Part shown: positions 33,177-43,925 of the stretch, piece after piece | Layout: every line of letters starts with the position of its first letter | Numbering within the stretch: the stretch's first letter is position 1 | Assembly: GCA_965226885.1 (NCBI GenBank) | Contig: CBDDEL010000016.1 | Location: 800,001-864,000 of the forward strand | Length of the DNA: 64,000 nucleotides | Direction: 5' to 3' | DNA from: Opitutales bacterium | GTDB lineage: Bacteria; Verrucomicrobiota; Verrucomicrobiia; Opitutales; UBA2987 | Program-made: the position numbers and the translations under genes | The notes under the pieces: generated by a model | Told to the model about the DNA's origin: nothing | What the model saw: the letters and a program-made list of their open reading frames with translations, nothing else | Database searches by the model: none

Positions 33177-34352
33177 TCAGGAAGCTTCGTTCCCGGCATT
33201 GTTGGGCCGGGGGTTGACCGGTGTGCCCGGTCCGACTTTTTGATGGCCTTCGACAATGACTCTTTCCCCTGCGCTGAGCCCCTCAAGAATTTCCAGCGTC
33301 CCTTCCATCCGGATGCCGGCCTGAACCTCGCGCATTTGGGCGATATTATCGTCGTCTACGACCATCACAATCGATTTGTCGACCCTCATAATCAGGGCGG
33401 ACTCCGGGATAACCAAAGCGTCTTCCTTTTCCTGCAAAACAAGTTTAAGATTGCCGAACATGCCGGGCTTTAGGAGGCCGGACTCATTGTCGATAAAGGC
33501 CCGCACGAGCACATTGCGGGTAGTCACCTCCACCTCTGGAGAAATGAAGTAGACCTCCCCGGTAAAGGTGCTCTGCGCATAGGCGGCCACCGTAATATCG
33601 ATCCGCTGGCCGGTCTGCAATTGCCCGATGAAACGCTCGGGGACATCGAAATCCGCTTTGATGGGGTTCATGTTGACCAGCACGGTCATGGTTTGCCCGA
33701 CCTGCATGAACTGGCCCGGACTGACCTGGCGGTAGCCGACCACCCCGTCGAAAGGCGCCACGATTCGGGCATCCTTAAGCTCCCGCTTGCGCAATTCCAG
33801 AGTTGCCGCGGCAACGTCGAAATCTCCGATCGATTGGTCGTAGGTTTGCTCCGAAATAGTTTTGCTCTCCAGCAGGGATTTATTCCGGACCCGATTGGTT
33901 CGGGCCAGGGTGAAATTAGCCTTCGCCTCCGCCAGGCGGGCGCTTAATTTCTGATCGTCGAGGGCGACCAGCAGCCTGCCCTCTCGCACGGTATTGCCCT
34001 CCTCGAAATGGATCTTGCTGATCATTCCGCTGATTTCACTCTTGATTTCCACACGTTCATTGGCAGTCAGCGAGCCCACCAAATCGATCACCTCGATCAC
34101 TTTTTGCCGCTCCACCGGCGCCACCACGACATTGACAGCAAAGCTTTCCGGAGGCCCACCGCCCTCGCCGCCTCCGCAGCCGGATAAAAACAATGCCGAC
34201 GACGCCAGGACCAGCGATAAGCAGGCGGCCAGATAATGATAAATGTTAAGGTTTAGCCGAATTTTTAGCAGGGGTTTCATCAGCAGTGGGTGGGGTTCTA
34301 CCATTCCGGCAGCCAGCGATAAAGTTTGCGGGGTCAAACTGCCATTATTCAT
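33177..34352 (-). CDS. RND efflux periplasmic adaptor (MFP) subunit; start may be downstream
   Basis: Lipoprotein-like FLSGC, IVAPFDGVVG, LKPGMF, GLSAGERVIVEG. Confidence 0.92.
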   Translation of the reverse strand: MNNGSLTPQTLSLAAGMVEPHPLLMKPLLKIRLNLNIYHYLAACLSLVLASSALFLSGCGGGEGGGPPESFAVNVVVAPVERQKVIEVIDLVGSLTANERVEIKSEISGMISKIHFEEGNTVREGRLLVALDDQKLSARLAEAKANFTLARTNRVRNKSLLESKTISEQTYDQSIGDFDVAAATLELRKRELKDARIVAPFDGVVGYRQVSPGQFMQVGQTMTVLVNMNPIKADFDVPERFIGQLQTGQRIDITVAAYAQSTFTGEVYFISPEVEVTTRNVLVRAFIDNESGLLKPGMFGNLKLVLQEKEDALVIPESALIMRVDKSIVMVVDDDNIAQMREVQAGIRMEGTLEILEGLSAGERVIVEGHQKVGPGTPVNPRPNNAGNEAS

Positions 34353-34532
34353 TCATAAAAAGCGCATAGTAGGTAGTATAATGGCTAAAGCAAGTAATTC
34401 GATGCCCGGCATTCAGGCTGAATTCCTGGCCGGTAAACCGATTACCGAAATAAAAGACATGCCGGAACGATCCCGATTCTAGATCGGGAATCAAGGCAGG
34501 AAACTCTGATAACACTAAAAGTCCGGGGCTGG

Positions 34533-34952
34533 TCAAGCCGCCAACTCACTGGACGCAGCCGCAATCATGACGCCGGCCAGTAAACCATAGGCTGCTTCCC
34601 ACGCCTCCCGCACTGGTGGGGTAAAATCTTCACCCAATCCCTGCCCCAAAGTCCATATGAGGGCCTCTCCAACAATTGGGTAATGCCCCTCTTCCGCCCC
34701 GAGGGCAATGTGATGGCGACCCAGTTTTTCCACCGCCGGCACTAGGACTTCCGGGCTTTCCAGGTTTTTCACCACAAAGGCCAGGCTGGCCATTAATTTG
34801 CGCCCCTGGGCCTTTATATCCGTCTTGAAAAGAGGCTCAGCAGAAGGGGCGATCTCAAACAGGCGCGTATAAAACAAATCTGCCACCGTATCGGCAATCG
34901 GTGCGACTTTCTGAAAACTCTCTTTAACGTAACTAATCTGTTCTCGTGTCTT
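34533..34952 (-). pseudogene. Single-domain globin (flavohemoglobin-like); canonical start appears mutated ATG->AAG
   Basis: (K)TREQISYVKESFQKVAPIADTVADLFYTRLFEIAP...LGRHH...HYPIVGEALIWTL...AWEAAY; AAGGA RBS upstream of AAG and an in-frame TAA just upstream. Confidence 0.8.
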
Positions 34953-35138
34953 AATGGATCCTTATGGCTTATGCTGAGCGCTTGAACGACCAGCTCATTA
35001 GTTTTAAACGGGTGATTAAAAATCATGGTTCGTTACTCGCCCATGAAAGTCGGCCCTCAATTTCGTCAATTGAGCGCTTTTTTGATAAACACGTCCTAAA
35101 GTCGGAGCGGGAATAATCGAATTATCAATAACAGTATT

Positions 35139-36466
35139 TGATGTGCACTGGAAAAAGTGGACACGAGATTCTCCTAAATGGAGAATCGAAGCATGGGAAG
35201 AAGACGCTTTAGTATAGAGTTCAAAAATGAGGCAGTTCAACTGATGATACTCGATGGTCTGAGCGCCACCGAGGTATCGACCAAACTTGGGGTCAACACC
35301 AACCAATTGTATAGGTGGAAGAGGCTCTATCTGGACGATCAGCAGGGCGAAGCCACCTCAAAGCGACAGAGCAGTCCGAAGGAGATGGCGGCCGAGATAG
35401 ATCGTCTTCGCAAAGAGCTGCGCCGCTCGGAGCGGATCAACCAGATACTAAAAAAAACGGTGGGCTACTTTGCCAAGGACGAACAATGAAGTACCAGTTT
35501 GTCAAAGACAACGAGGGGCGCTTCAAGATCGAGGAAATATGCTCGGCGATGGGGATTTGTCGCAGTGGCTATTACTGCTGGAGGCACCGAGCGCCCTCGG
35601 CCCGGCGGATCGAGGACGAGGGAATCAAGGGGGCGATCCTGAAGGTACACAAAGAGGCCAAGGGCCGCTATGGGCATCGGCCAATGCACCGCCATCTGAA
35701 GGATGATGAGGGCATCGATTGCGGCCGTGACCGGGCTCTGCGTCTGATGCGTGAAATGGGAATCAAAAGCACCCAGAGTAAACGCTTTAAGCCATTAAAA
35801 ACCAACAGTAACCATCCCTATGGTTACAGCCCCAATGTGCTTAAAAAGCATGGCCAGCCGACCCATATCGACGAGGTCTGGGTGGCGGACACGACCTACC
35901 TACGGACCCTGGCCGGTTGGATGTACTTGGCCACGGTGATGGACCTGTTCAGCCGACGCCTGCTGGGCTGGAGCGTTTCCAACCACAACGACGCGAAGCT
36001 GGTTGGCAAGGCCCTCAAAGCCGCGGCCATGACCCGCGGCACACTGCGCACCGGGATTATTCATCACAGCGATCGGGGCAGCCCCTACGCCAGCGACGAC
36101 TATCAGAGGCTGGTCTCTGAACTAGGCATGAAGCCGAGCATGAGCGCCCAAGGCAACTGCTACGACAACGCGGCCATGGAATCGTTCTACGGCCGCTTCA
36201 AGACCAGCACGATTCGAGGCCGCCACTTTGCCGACGAGCGCGAACTGCGATCAACTGTCTTCGAATACGTGGAAATCTTCTACAACCGATATCGCAAACA
36301 TTCCTCTCTGAGTTACCAAAGCCCAGTCCAATTCGAGGAAAATATTTGCCCCCCATGGGGGGCAACGAGAAAACAAAACCCTTTACCAAAACAAGCCGCC
36401 TGACACACTAATCAATAAACAATGAATATAAGAGAATCCCGTGTCCAACAAATCCAGTACACGTCA
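35139..36466 (+). mobile_element. IS3-family element A (1328 bp) with 3-bp TSD ATT; OrfA 35193-35489, OrfB 35486-36403
   Basis: Same IRs and ORFs as the other copies; ATT on both flanks. Confidence 0.95.
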
Positions 36467-36538
36467 ATTTTATTAATTTCCTGCAAAGACAGGACGGCAC
36501 TGAATCTACGGATCTATTGAAGACAACCTACCTTAATA

Positions 36539-36898
36539 ATGAAAATCGCCATTGTGGACGACTCGGGCTTCTCTCGTAGTCGGGTTAGAACTTATTTGAA
36601 GCGCATCTTTCCGCACGCCTCTTTCATTGAATGCGCCGATGGTGTGGAGGCTCTGAAACAACTGCCGGGGGAGGAACTTGAATTTGTCACTCTCGACCTG
36701 GTGATGCCGAACATTGACGGATTGGAACTCCTCAAGCGTTTGAAGGAAATAGATTTTCAACCCCCGATTGTAATTTTGACAGCCAACATTCAGGAAATTA
36801 TTCAGACCGAATGCCGGAACTGGGGCTGTTACGGGTTTGTGGAAAAACCCATCAACCAGGAAAAAATTGCCGACATGGTTCAGGGCCTGGGTTTATGA
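36539..36898 (+). CDS. Single-domain response regulator (CheY-like receiver)
   Basis: IVDDS, LDLVMPNIDG, ILTAN, FVEKP. Confidence 0.92.
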   Translation: MKIAIVDDSGFSRSRVRTYLKRIFPHASFIECADGVEALKQLPGEELEFVTLDLVMPNIDGLELLKRLKEIDFQPPIVILTANIQEIIQTECRNWGCYGFVEKPINQEKIADMVQGLGL

Positions 36899-37545
36899 GC
36901 AAAAAGGCCCCAGTCCTGCATAAAGATCTCCCAGTCCTGCATAAAGATCTTAAAGAGGTTTTTGTTGAGATTGTAAACATCGGTCTCGGTAAAGCGGCCG
37001 CCGCCCTATCGGATTTGACAGAACTTCCGGTCCAGATTTCGGCCCCCAGTCTGGAGGTTTTTGGTCCCGGCGCACTCGATCGGGTAAGCGAACTCGAATC
37101 CATCACTTCGATAAGGATCAGTCAGTCTTTTACCGGCCGGGATTTATCCGGGCATGGATTGCTCGTCCTCAACAAAAGCGGCGCCCTGCGCCTGGCGGTG
37201 CTGCTGATGGGGGAACCACGGGAACAGGAAGCTTTTGGAGGGATCGAGCAAATGGCTCTTCTGGAAACCGGCAATATTATGATCGGGAGCGTTGTTGGCA
37301 CTTTGGGCAACATGCTCAGCACGCTTATGCGATACGATTTGCCTCGTTTGCAGGTCAAGGGGACCAATGGCGCTATCGAACTGGTATCGGACATTATCCA
37401 TCCCAATATAACTTATATTCTGCTGGTGCGAGCCACCCTCTGCATAGGGGAAACAGAGGTAAGCGGCAACTTCATCCTCCTTTTCGAGAAACACAGTTAC
37501 AACACCCTTTGCCACCTTCTGGAGAATCATTTGATCCTCAAATGA
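36895..37545 (+). CDS. CheC-like phosphatase; in-frame 21-bp duplication near the N-terminus
   Basis: EIVNIGLGKAAAALS and LLETGNIM ExxN motifs; PVLHKDL-PVLHKDL; ATGA overlaps on both sides. Confidence 0.85.
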   Translation: MSKKAPVLHKDLPVLHKDLKEVFVEIVNIGLGKAAAALSDLTELPVQISAPSLEVFGPGALDRVSELESITSIRISQSFTGRDLSGHGLLVLNKSGALRLAVLLMGEPREQEAFGGIEQMALLETGNIMIGSVVGTLGNMLSTLMRYDLPRLQVKGTNGAIELVSDIIHPNITYILLVRATLCIGETEVSGNFILLFEKHSYNTLCHLLENHLILK

Positions 37546-39193
37546 AAAGCAATACCGAATTGGCAAGCATGGATTCGCTCCCCGTAGGGTTTTTTCAAAT
37601 CGACTGGGAAAACCGCATCATGGTGTGGAACCACTGGATGGAGATGCACACCGGCTACTCCAAAAAGGACGTCCTGGGATGCCGCCTGGAAGCCTTCTAC
37701 CCCGGCCAAAAAACCGTCTTTAGCATAATTGAGGAAGCGCGCCGGTGCGGCTGCCAGCCGGTTATTTTATCACAGCTTTTGCACTCTTATTTCCTTCCCA
37801 TCCAGCTAGGGGAAAATCACCTCAGTGGGTTTCAAATGATGCAGCAGGATTGCCATATCGTGCCCCAGGACGAGCCGGGCGGATCACTCGCCATCACCAT
37901 TCAAGATGTTACCTCGCATGTGATCGGCCGGCGGCGCATCAATAATTTGCATGTTGATTTGAAGGAAACCAGCGACGCGGCTTTGGAATCGGCAAAGGAA
38001 AAATCGGAAATCCTGGCCATGATGAGCCACGAAATACGCACCCCCATGAACGCCGTTATTGGATTTACGGACATTTTGCTGGAATCCTCTCTCGATCCCT
38101 TGCAGCTCGATTACGTTAAAATCATACAGCAAAGCGGCGCCAGGCTATTGCGCCTCCTCTCCGACATCCTCGATTTCTCCAAACTGGAAGCCAATCGCAT
38201 CGAACTGCATACACCCTTCATCGACCTGCGAGGTTGCATTGCAGAAGTATCCCGGATGGCTGAAAAGATGGCTTCCGATAAAGGATTGACCTATTCCTGG
38301 AAGGCCGCCTCGCCCCTTCCCTTGAAGGTAAAGGCAGACACCGGAAGACTCACCCAGGTCCTCCTCAATCTTCTCAGCAATAGCATCAAGCATCAAGTTC
38401 ACTGAAAACGGAACCGCTCAATTAATTGTAAAATCCAAGAAATTGGGAGCCGACTCGGTGGAATTACTTTTTTCTATCAGCGATAAGCGATACCGGCCCC
38501 GGCATACCGGCAAATCGAAGAAATCGGCTTTTCAAGCCCTTCAGCCAAGTCGATTCAAAGATTTGGGAACGCCACGGCGGCACCGGCCTGGGTCTGGCCA
38601 TTTCAAAAAAACTGGTCGAGTTGATGGGCGGTAAAATCTGGCTGGATGATGATTGCCAAACCGGAGCCACCTTCCACTTCACCCTCCCGGCGGGGATCCA
38701 GGAAGGAGATAGTTTTAACAGCGATATCAAAATAAACGGCTCCACCGGAAAGGAAGCGACGAAGGCACTCTCCATCCTACTGGTCGAAGATCACCCCCTC
38801 AATCGTAAACTGACTGCTGCTCAGTTGAAAAAGTTGGGACATAGCTCCAGTTTTGCCCAGGACGGGCGGGAATGCATCCAAGTACTCGCTCGTGAAAAAT
38901 TTGATCTCATCCTTATGGACCTGCAAATGCCCGTCATGGACGGCTACGAGGCTGCCAGCCGCATCCGCAACGGAGAAGCCGGTTCGTCCAGCCAGTGGTT
39001 GCCCATTATCGCCATATCGGCGAACGCCAGCAACCTCGCTCAGGAACGCTGCATGGAAGTCGGAATGAACGATTATTTTTCCAAACCAGTAACCATGAGC
39101 AACCTCAAGAAAGCACTCGAATATTGGACTACAAAAGCAAAGCAGGCCAATCCCCGCGAACTGGCGAAAGCGACAGCAAACAGGTTTCAATAG
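37542..39193 (+). pseudogene. PAS hybrid histidine kinase-receiver, broken by two 7-bp tandem duplications
   Basis: [17 protein letters not shown] x2 (38382-38395) and AGCGATA x2 (38479-38492); removing both restores NSIKFT...SDTGPGI...GGTGLGL in one frame. Confidence 0.92.
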
Positions 39194-39267
39194 AAAGAAA
39201 CCAAAATTATCAACCCCTGCAATGTAGTAGCTACAGCTTGACCCGACAAATTAGTTAGAGTTAGGTA

Positions 39268-41051
39268 GAGGCTGTCCCAAAAATATAAAGATTTTATAGT
39301 CAACTGGATGACGTTGATAAAAAGAGCCGGAAAGAGCAAGTTTTTGCTCGATCCGGCCAAAAAAGGGTTCTATAATTGAGTTAGCGAAAATCAATATAGC
39401 CCTTTCTATGTTCTATGAAAAATATAGCCATCCAATGCCTCCTGCGTCCAGCTTTAACTGTGGTCGACCGGTGCCTCGATTACGATAACTTCCGCGCCAC
39501 CATTGATCGAATCGATCGGCTGCTGATCGACTCGGAGGTGGAATCGCAGGCCATTGAGCTGGCCTTGGAGGGGTGGCCGCCAATGGGTCTAAAGGCCCGG
39601 CGGCAGCGGGCCAGTTTTGCCATCAAGGCACTGCGCATGGATACGCTGGGCCGTCTGCTCGGAGGGATTTCGTTTCGGCATTTGTCGCGGGCTCTGGGCA
39701 GCAGCGATCTGTTGGCCGACTTTTGCCGTGTCCGGCAGATCGATGGCATCAGGGGCATCTCCAAAAGCACCCTGGAGCGGGCCTCGAAGTTTTTCAGCGA
39801 AGAGCAGTTGAGGGCCTTGCACCGGACCTTGACTGAGGTGGTGGGCGATGCCCTTCTGGGCCGGCAGGTGGGCCGGCAGGTGGGATTGGACAAGCCGATT
39901 GACACCACCATTTGCCTGATCGACGGCACCTGTTTGGAGGCTAACATTCATTGGCCGACGGACTGGGTATTACTCAAGGATGTAGCCGGCACGTTGCTCA
40001 AAGCGATCCGGCTGATCCGCGAGAAGGCCGGTGTGCGCCATCGCATGCCGATCGAACCGGAGCCCTTGGCTCGGCAGATGAATCGGCTGTGCATACAGAT
40101 GACCCACAGCCGGCGGCGAAAAGACAGCGCGCGGCAGCGCAAGGGTATCTTGAGGCAGATGAAAAAGCTGCTCAAACGGATCGGGGAGCATGCCCGCAGT
40201 CACCGGGAATTATTGCAAGCCTGCTGGGAGCAAAGCGATTACAGCGAAAAACAGGTCCAACAGATCCTCGCCCGGATGGAGCGCATGAGCGAGCAAATCC
40301 CGGTGGTCATCAAACAGGCGCACGAGCGGATCATTGGCGGCCGCCAGGTGAAAAACGCAGAGAAAGTCTTGAGTGTTTACGAACTCGATGGGCAGGTGAT
40401 TGTGCGAGGTAAAGCGGGCCAAGAGGTCGAGTTCGGCAACACCCTGTTTTTGGGAGAAAGCGTTGAAGGGTACCTGCTGGACTGGAAACTCTACGGCAGC
40501 CGAACTCCAAGCGAAAATGAACAAATGCAAGAGAGTTTGCAAAGACAGAACCGCTTCAACCTGGAAGAACCCATAGCGGCCATGTGCGCGGACCGGGGAT
40601 TTGCCTCCCAGCGGGCCCGCCGGCAGTTAGCCCAGGAGGGAATCTACGACGCGCTCTGTCCACGCGATCCGAAGCAGTTGAAAAAACGGATGGAGGAACC
40701 ACTGTTCAGACAATTGCAAAAGCGCCGGGCCAGCACCGAAGGGCGGATCGGGGTATTGAAGAATCGCTGGCAGGCCGGGCGGTTGCGCAGCAAAGGCTTT
40801 GCCAACCGCTCGATCAGCGTAGCCTGGTCGGTACTCTCGCACAACCTATGGAAAGTAGCCAAGATGCTGGCCCAGCAAGACGAACTAAAAACCAAAGCGG
40901 CGGCCTAGAGAGCGGAAAAGCAAGGACAATACTTTTTCACAGCCGTACTGTCGGCTCATACAAAGAAAACCAGGCAACCGGACCCCAAAACCAGTATCCT
41001 AACGTCATAGGAGAGCAAAGTTGATACTCTCCCAAATGCAAATACCTCTAA
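39268..41051 (+). mobile_element. ISNCY/IS5-like element copy 2; right end lost at an IS1380 junction
   Basis: IRL after TAGGTA; stops at internal CTAA 41048-41051; private 7-bp and 12-bp duplications. Confidence 0.9.
39415..40908 (+). CDS. ISNCY/IS5-like DDE transposase (RQVG duplicated in frame)
   Basis: 497 aa, essentially identical to the other copies apart from a 4-aa duplication. Confidence 0.88.
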   Translation: MKNIAIQCLLRPALTVVDRCLDYDNFRATIDRIDRLLIDSEVESQAIELALEGWPPMGLKARRQRASFAIKALRMDTLGRLLGGISFRHLSRALGSSDLLADFCRVRQIDGIRGISKSTLERASKFFSEEQLRALHRTLTEVVGDALLGRQVGRQVGLDKPIDTTICLIDGTCLEANIHWPTDWVLLKDVAGTLLKAIRLIREKAGVRHRMPIEPEPLARQMNRLCIQMTHSRRRKDSARQRKGILRQMKKLLKRIGEHARSHRELLQACWEQSDYSEKQVQQILARMERMSEQIPVVIKQAHERIIGGRQVKNAEKVLSVYELDGQVIVRGKAGQEVEFGNTLFLGESVEGYLLDWKLYGSRTPSENEQMQESLQRQNRFNLEEPIAAMCADRGFASQRARRQLAQEGIYDALCPRDPKQLKKRMEEPLFRQLQKRRASTEGRIGVLKNRWQAGRLRSKGFANRSISVAWSVLSHNLWKVAKMLAQQDELKTKAAA

Positions 41052-41173
41052 CCCGGATATTTCATGAAGGGTAAAGTTTGGCTCGTTATTGCTATTGGAT
41101 GTAAACGCCGGGGAAAAACCGGTACGGTAAAGAGGGCGCTTTAAAACCGGTACGCTTATCCTAGAAAGGAGGA

Positions 41174-42679
41174 GTGTATCGAGATATGAAGCAATGGACA
41201 AGAGTGCGGCACAAAGTGCTGCGGGACAAGCAGAGCAAGCGCTCTGTAATGCGAGAAGAGGGACTGCACTGGGAGACCCTGGGAAAGATGCTGGCCTATT
41301 CCCAGCCGCCGGGAGACCGGCGCAAGAAGAGGCGAGAGCGCAAGATCGATCCGTATGTGGGCTGGATCGAGGAGGTGCTCAAAGCGGACCGGAACGTGCC
41401 CAAGAAGCAGCGCCATACGGCCAAACGGATCTACCAGCGTTTGGGTCGGGAGAAGGGCTACCAAGGGGGCTACACGGCGGTCAAGGAGGTGGTGGCCGAG
41501 CTGCGAGCGAGGCGGCGGGAAGTGTTCGTGCCGCTGGAGCACCGCCCCGGGGAGGGACAGGTGGACTTCGGTCATGCCCTGGTGAAGGAGGCGGGGCAAT
41601 TGCGTAGGCGGCCATTTTCTGCCATGAGCCTGCCCTACAGCGATGCCTTTTTCGTGCAGGTGTTCGAACGGGAGTGCACGGAGAGCTTCTGGGAGGGGCA
41701 CCTGCGAGCTTTTGAGTTTTTCGGGGCGGTGCCCCGGCGCATCAGCTATGACAACTCGAAGGTGGCGGTGGGTAAGATTATCGGTTCGCGTGAACGCAAG
41801 CTGACCGACGGGTTTCTGCAGCTACAGAGCCATTACCTGTTCGAGGAACACTTCTGTCTGCCCGCCCGGCCCAACGAGAAGGGCGTGGTCGAGGGGATCG
41901 TGCGTTATGCCCGGGCCAACTTCCTGGTACCGGTACCGCAGGTTCGGGACCTGGAGGAACTCAACGCAAAGCTGTTGGAGGCATGTGAGCGGGACATGGA
42001 GCGTAAATTACGCGGGAAAAGGGCGGTGAAAAAGGAACTGCTGGCCGAGGAGCGCGCCGTCATGCTGGCGTTGCCGCCCATACCCTTTGAAGCGAGCCGC
42101 AAACGCTCGACCTGCGTCAGCAGCCTCTCGCTGGTGCGCTTCGAGTGCAACGACTATTCGGTGCCGGTGCGCTGCGCCCACCATCCGGTGGTGGTGGAAG
42201 GGTCCTGTCGGCAGGTGGTGATCTTCTGTGGGGGCCAAGAGGTGGCCCGGCACCGCCGCATTTGGGATAAAGAGCAAGTCTCTTTCGAGCCGGTGCACTA
42301 CCTGGCTTTGCTGGAGAAAAAACCGGGCGCTTTGGACTTCGCCCGCCCACTCTCGGGCTGGCAGTTGCCGCAGTGCCTGCAGGTCCTCAGACGCCGGCTC
42401 GAAAGCCAATGCGGGGGCGAAGGCACCCGGGAGTATATCCGGGTGCTGCGGCTGTTGGAGAAACACCCCATGGCGGCCTTGCAGCAGGCCGTCGTCTCGG
42501 CCCTGCGGGTGGGGGGACTGACTCGTGAGGCCATCGCCCAGTATCTCTATCCTCAGGAAGACTACGGGAGCAGAACCTTCCGGCTGGACGGCCATCCACA
42601 CCTGCGTCACGTCCGTGTGGCCGCCCCTGACCTCGGTGCCTACAGCGAACTGCTCAAGATTCCAGGAGGGGCTTTATGA
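41174..42679 (+). CDS. istA: IS21 transposase IstA
   Basis: GQVDFG, YDNSK, NEKGVVEG; AGGAGGA RBS. Confidence 0.93.
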   Translation: MYRDMKQWTRVRHKVLRDKQSKRSVMREEGLHWETLGKMLAYSQPPGDRRKKRRERKIDPYVGWIEEVLKADRNVPKKQRHTAKRIYQRLGREKGYQGGYTAVKEVVAELRARRREVFVPLEHRPGEGQVDFGHALVKEAGQLRRRPFSAMSLPYSDAFFVQVFERECTESFWEGHLRAFEFFGAVPRRISYDNSKVAVGKIIGSRERKLTDGFLQLQSHYLFEEHFCLPARPNEKGVVEGIVRYARANFLVPVPQVRDLEELNAKLLEACERDMERKLRGKRAVKKELLAEERAVMLALPPIPFEASRKRSTCVSSLSLVRFECNDYSVPVRCAHHPVVVEGSCRQVVIFCGGQEVARHRRIWDKEQVSFEPVHYLALLEKKPGALDFARPLSGWQLPQCLQVLRRRLESQCGGEGTREYIRVLRLLEKHPMAALQQAVVSALRVGGLTREAIAQYLYPQEDYGSRTFRLDGHPHLRHVRVAAPDLGAYSELLKIPGGAL

Positions 42680-43443
42680 AGGAAGAAAAAAACCAGCTGC
42701 TGTTACACCATCACCTCAAGAAACTGAAGTTGCCCACCATCCTGCGCGAATGGCCGGCGGTGGCCGCGGCTTGTTCCCGGGACCGGCTCGATTACGCCGC
42801 CTTTTTGTTGCATCTGGTCGAACGGGAGCTCATTGAACGCGAACAGCGGGCCGCCCAGCGGCGGATCAAAAACGCCCGTTTCCCCGTGCTCAAGACCCTC
42901 GAGAGCTTCGCCTTTGAAGCGCAGCCCTCGATCAACGAAGCGCTCATCCGAGAGCTCATGCGCGGGGAGTATGTCGACCAGCGCGAAAACGTGCTGCTCC
43001 TCGGTAACGCCGGTACCGGTAGAACGCACCTGGCCACCGCCCTGGGCTTTGCCGCCTGTGCCCAGGGCCGGCGGATCCGTTTCTTCGGGGTCACCGCCCT
43101 GGTTACCCATATGCTCGAGCAACGCGACAACCACGACCTGCAGCGCTTCATGAAGCAACTCGAAAGGCTCGACCTACTCATCCTCGACGAACTCGGTTAC
43201 GTCCCTTTTTCCAAGACCGGTTCCGAACTGCTCTTCGACGTGGTCAGCCGCGCTTACGAGCGCACCAGTCTCATCGTCACCACCAACCTGCCCTTTGAGA
43301 ACTGGATCGAAGTGCTCGGTTCCGAACGGCTCACCGGAGCTCTGCTGGACCGACTCACCCATCGGGTGCATATCCTCGAAGCCAACGGGCAAAGCTACCG
43401 CTTGCGCGATGCTCGACGCCGTCGCCGTGGCACAAAACAATAA
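42676..43443 (+). CDS. istB: IS21 helper ATPase IstB (Walker A Lys->Arg in this copy)
   Basis: GNAGTGRTH, LILDELGY, TTNLPF, LLDRLTH. Confidence 0.93.
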   Translation: MKEEKNQLLLHHHLKKLKLPTILREWPAVAAACSRDRLDYAAFLLHLVERELIEREQRAAQRRIKNARFPVLKTLESFAFEAQPSINEALIRELMRGEYVDQRENVLLLGNAGTGRTHLATALGFAACAQGRRIRFFGVTALVTHMLEQRDNHDLQRFMKQLERLDLLILDELGYVPFSKTGSELLFDVVSRAYERTSLIVTTNLPFENWIEVLGSERLTGALLDRLTHRVHILEANGQSYRLRDARRRRRGTKQ

Positions 43444-43925
43444 ACGCCTTGGGCCCGGCTCGTCGGCCTCCGGCCTCCTCACCGACCCCAAGCCAATCCC
43501 CAAAACCAACTCCCAAACCCTAAACCTTGACGTACCTGCAATTACTAACCTAAACCTTATTCCAAGCGTACCGGTTTTACCCCGACCCCCGTACCGGTTT
43601 CATCCCGGCGTTTACATATTGGAGATGGATTTCTTTGTATTTTGAGCAGATCGTCTTGATTTTTAGGTGTTTTTCAGGGTGTAGAGACACTGCCCCCTTT
43701 CCCCCATTGGTTCGGTAGTGCCGGGGGCAGCACCAATGCACCCTTTAGGTTGGCACCAATCGGCGGGCCGCATGGTTGAAAAGACTGGCCCAAGGATAAC
43801 TCTCACTTAGGTGAAAGTGAATCGTTCGGGTGTTGCGCACGATGACCGCTCCGATCTTGATTAATTTGAGCCGCAGGGTGTGGCATTGGGCCCGCGCCCA
43901 CTTCGTCCCTTTTAAGGCTAACCGG

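Larger units (their letters stand above)
41100..43616 (+). mobile_element. IS21-family element (2517 bp) with 7-bp TSD TATTGGA
   Basis: TGTAAACGCCGGG...CCCGGCGTTTACA ends with repeated AAACCGGTACG sub-terminal motifs. Confidence 0.95.
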
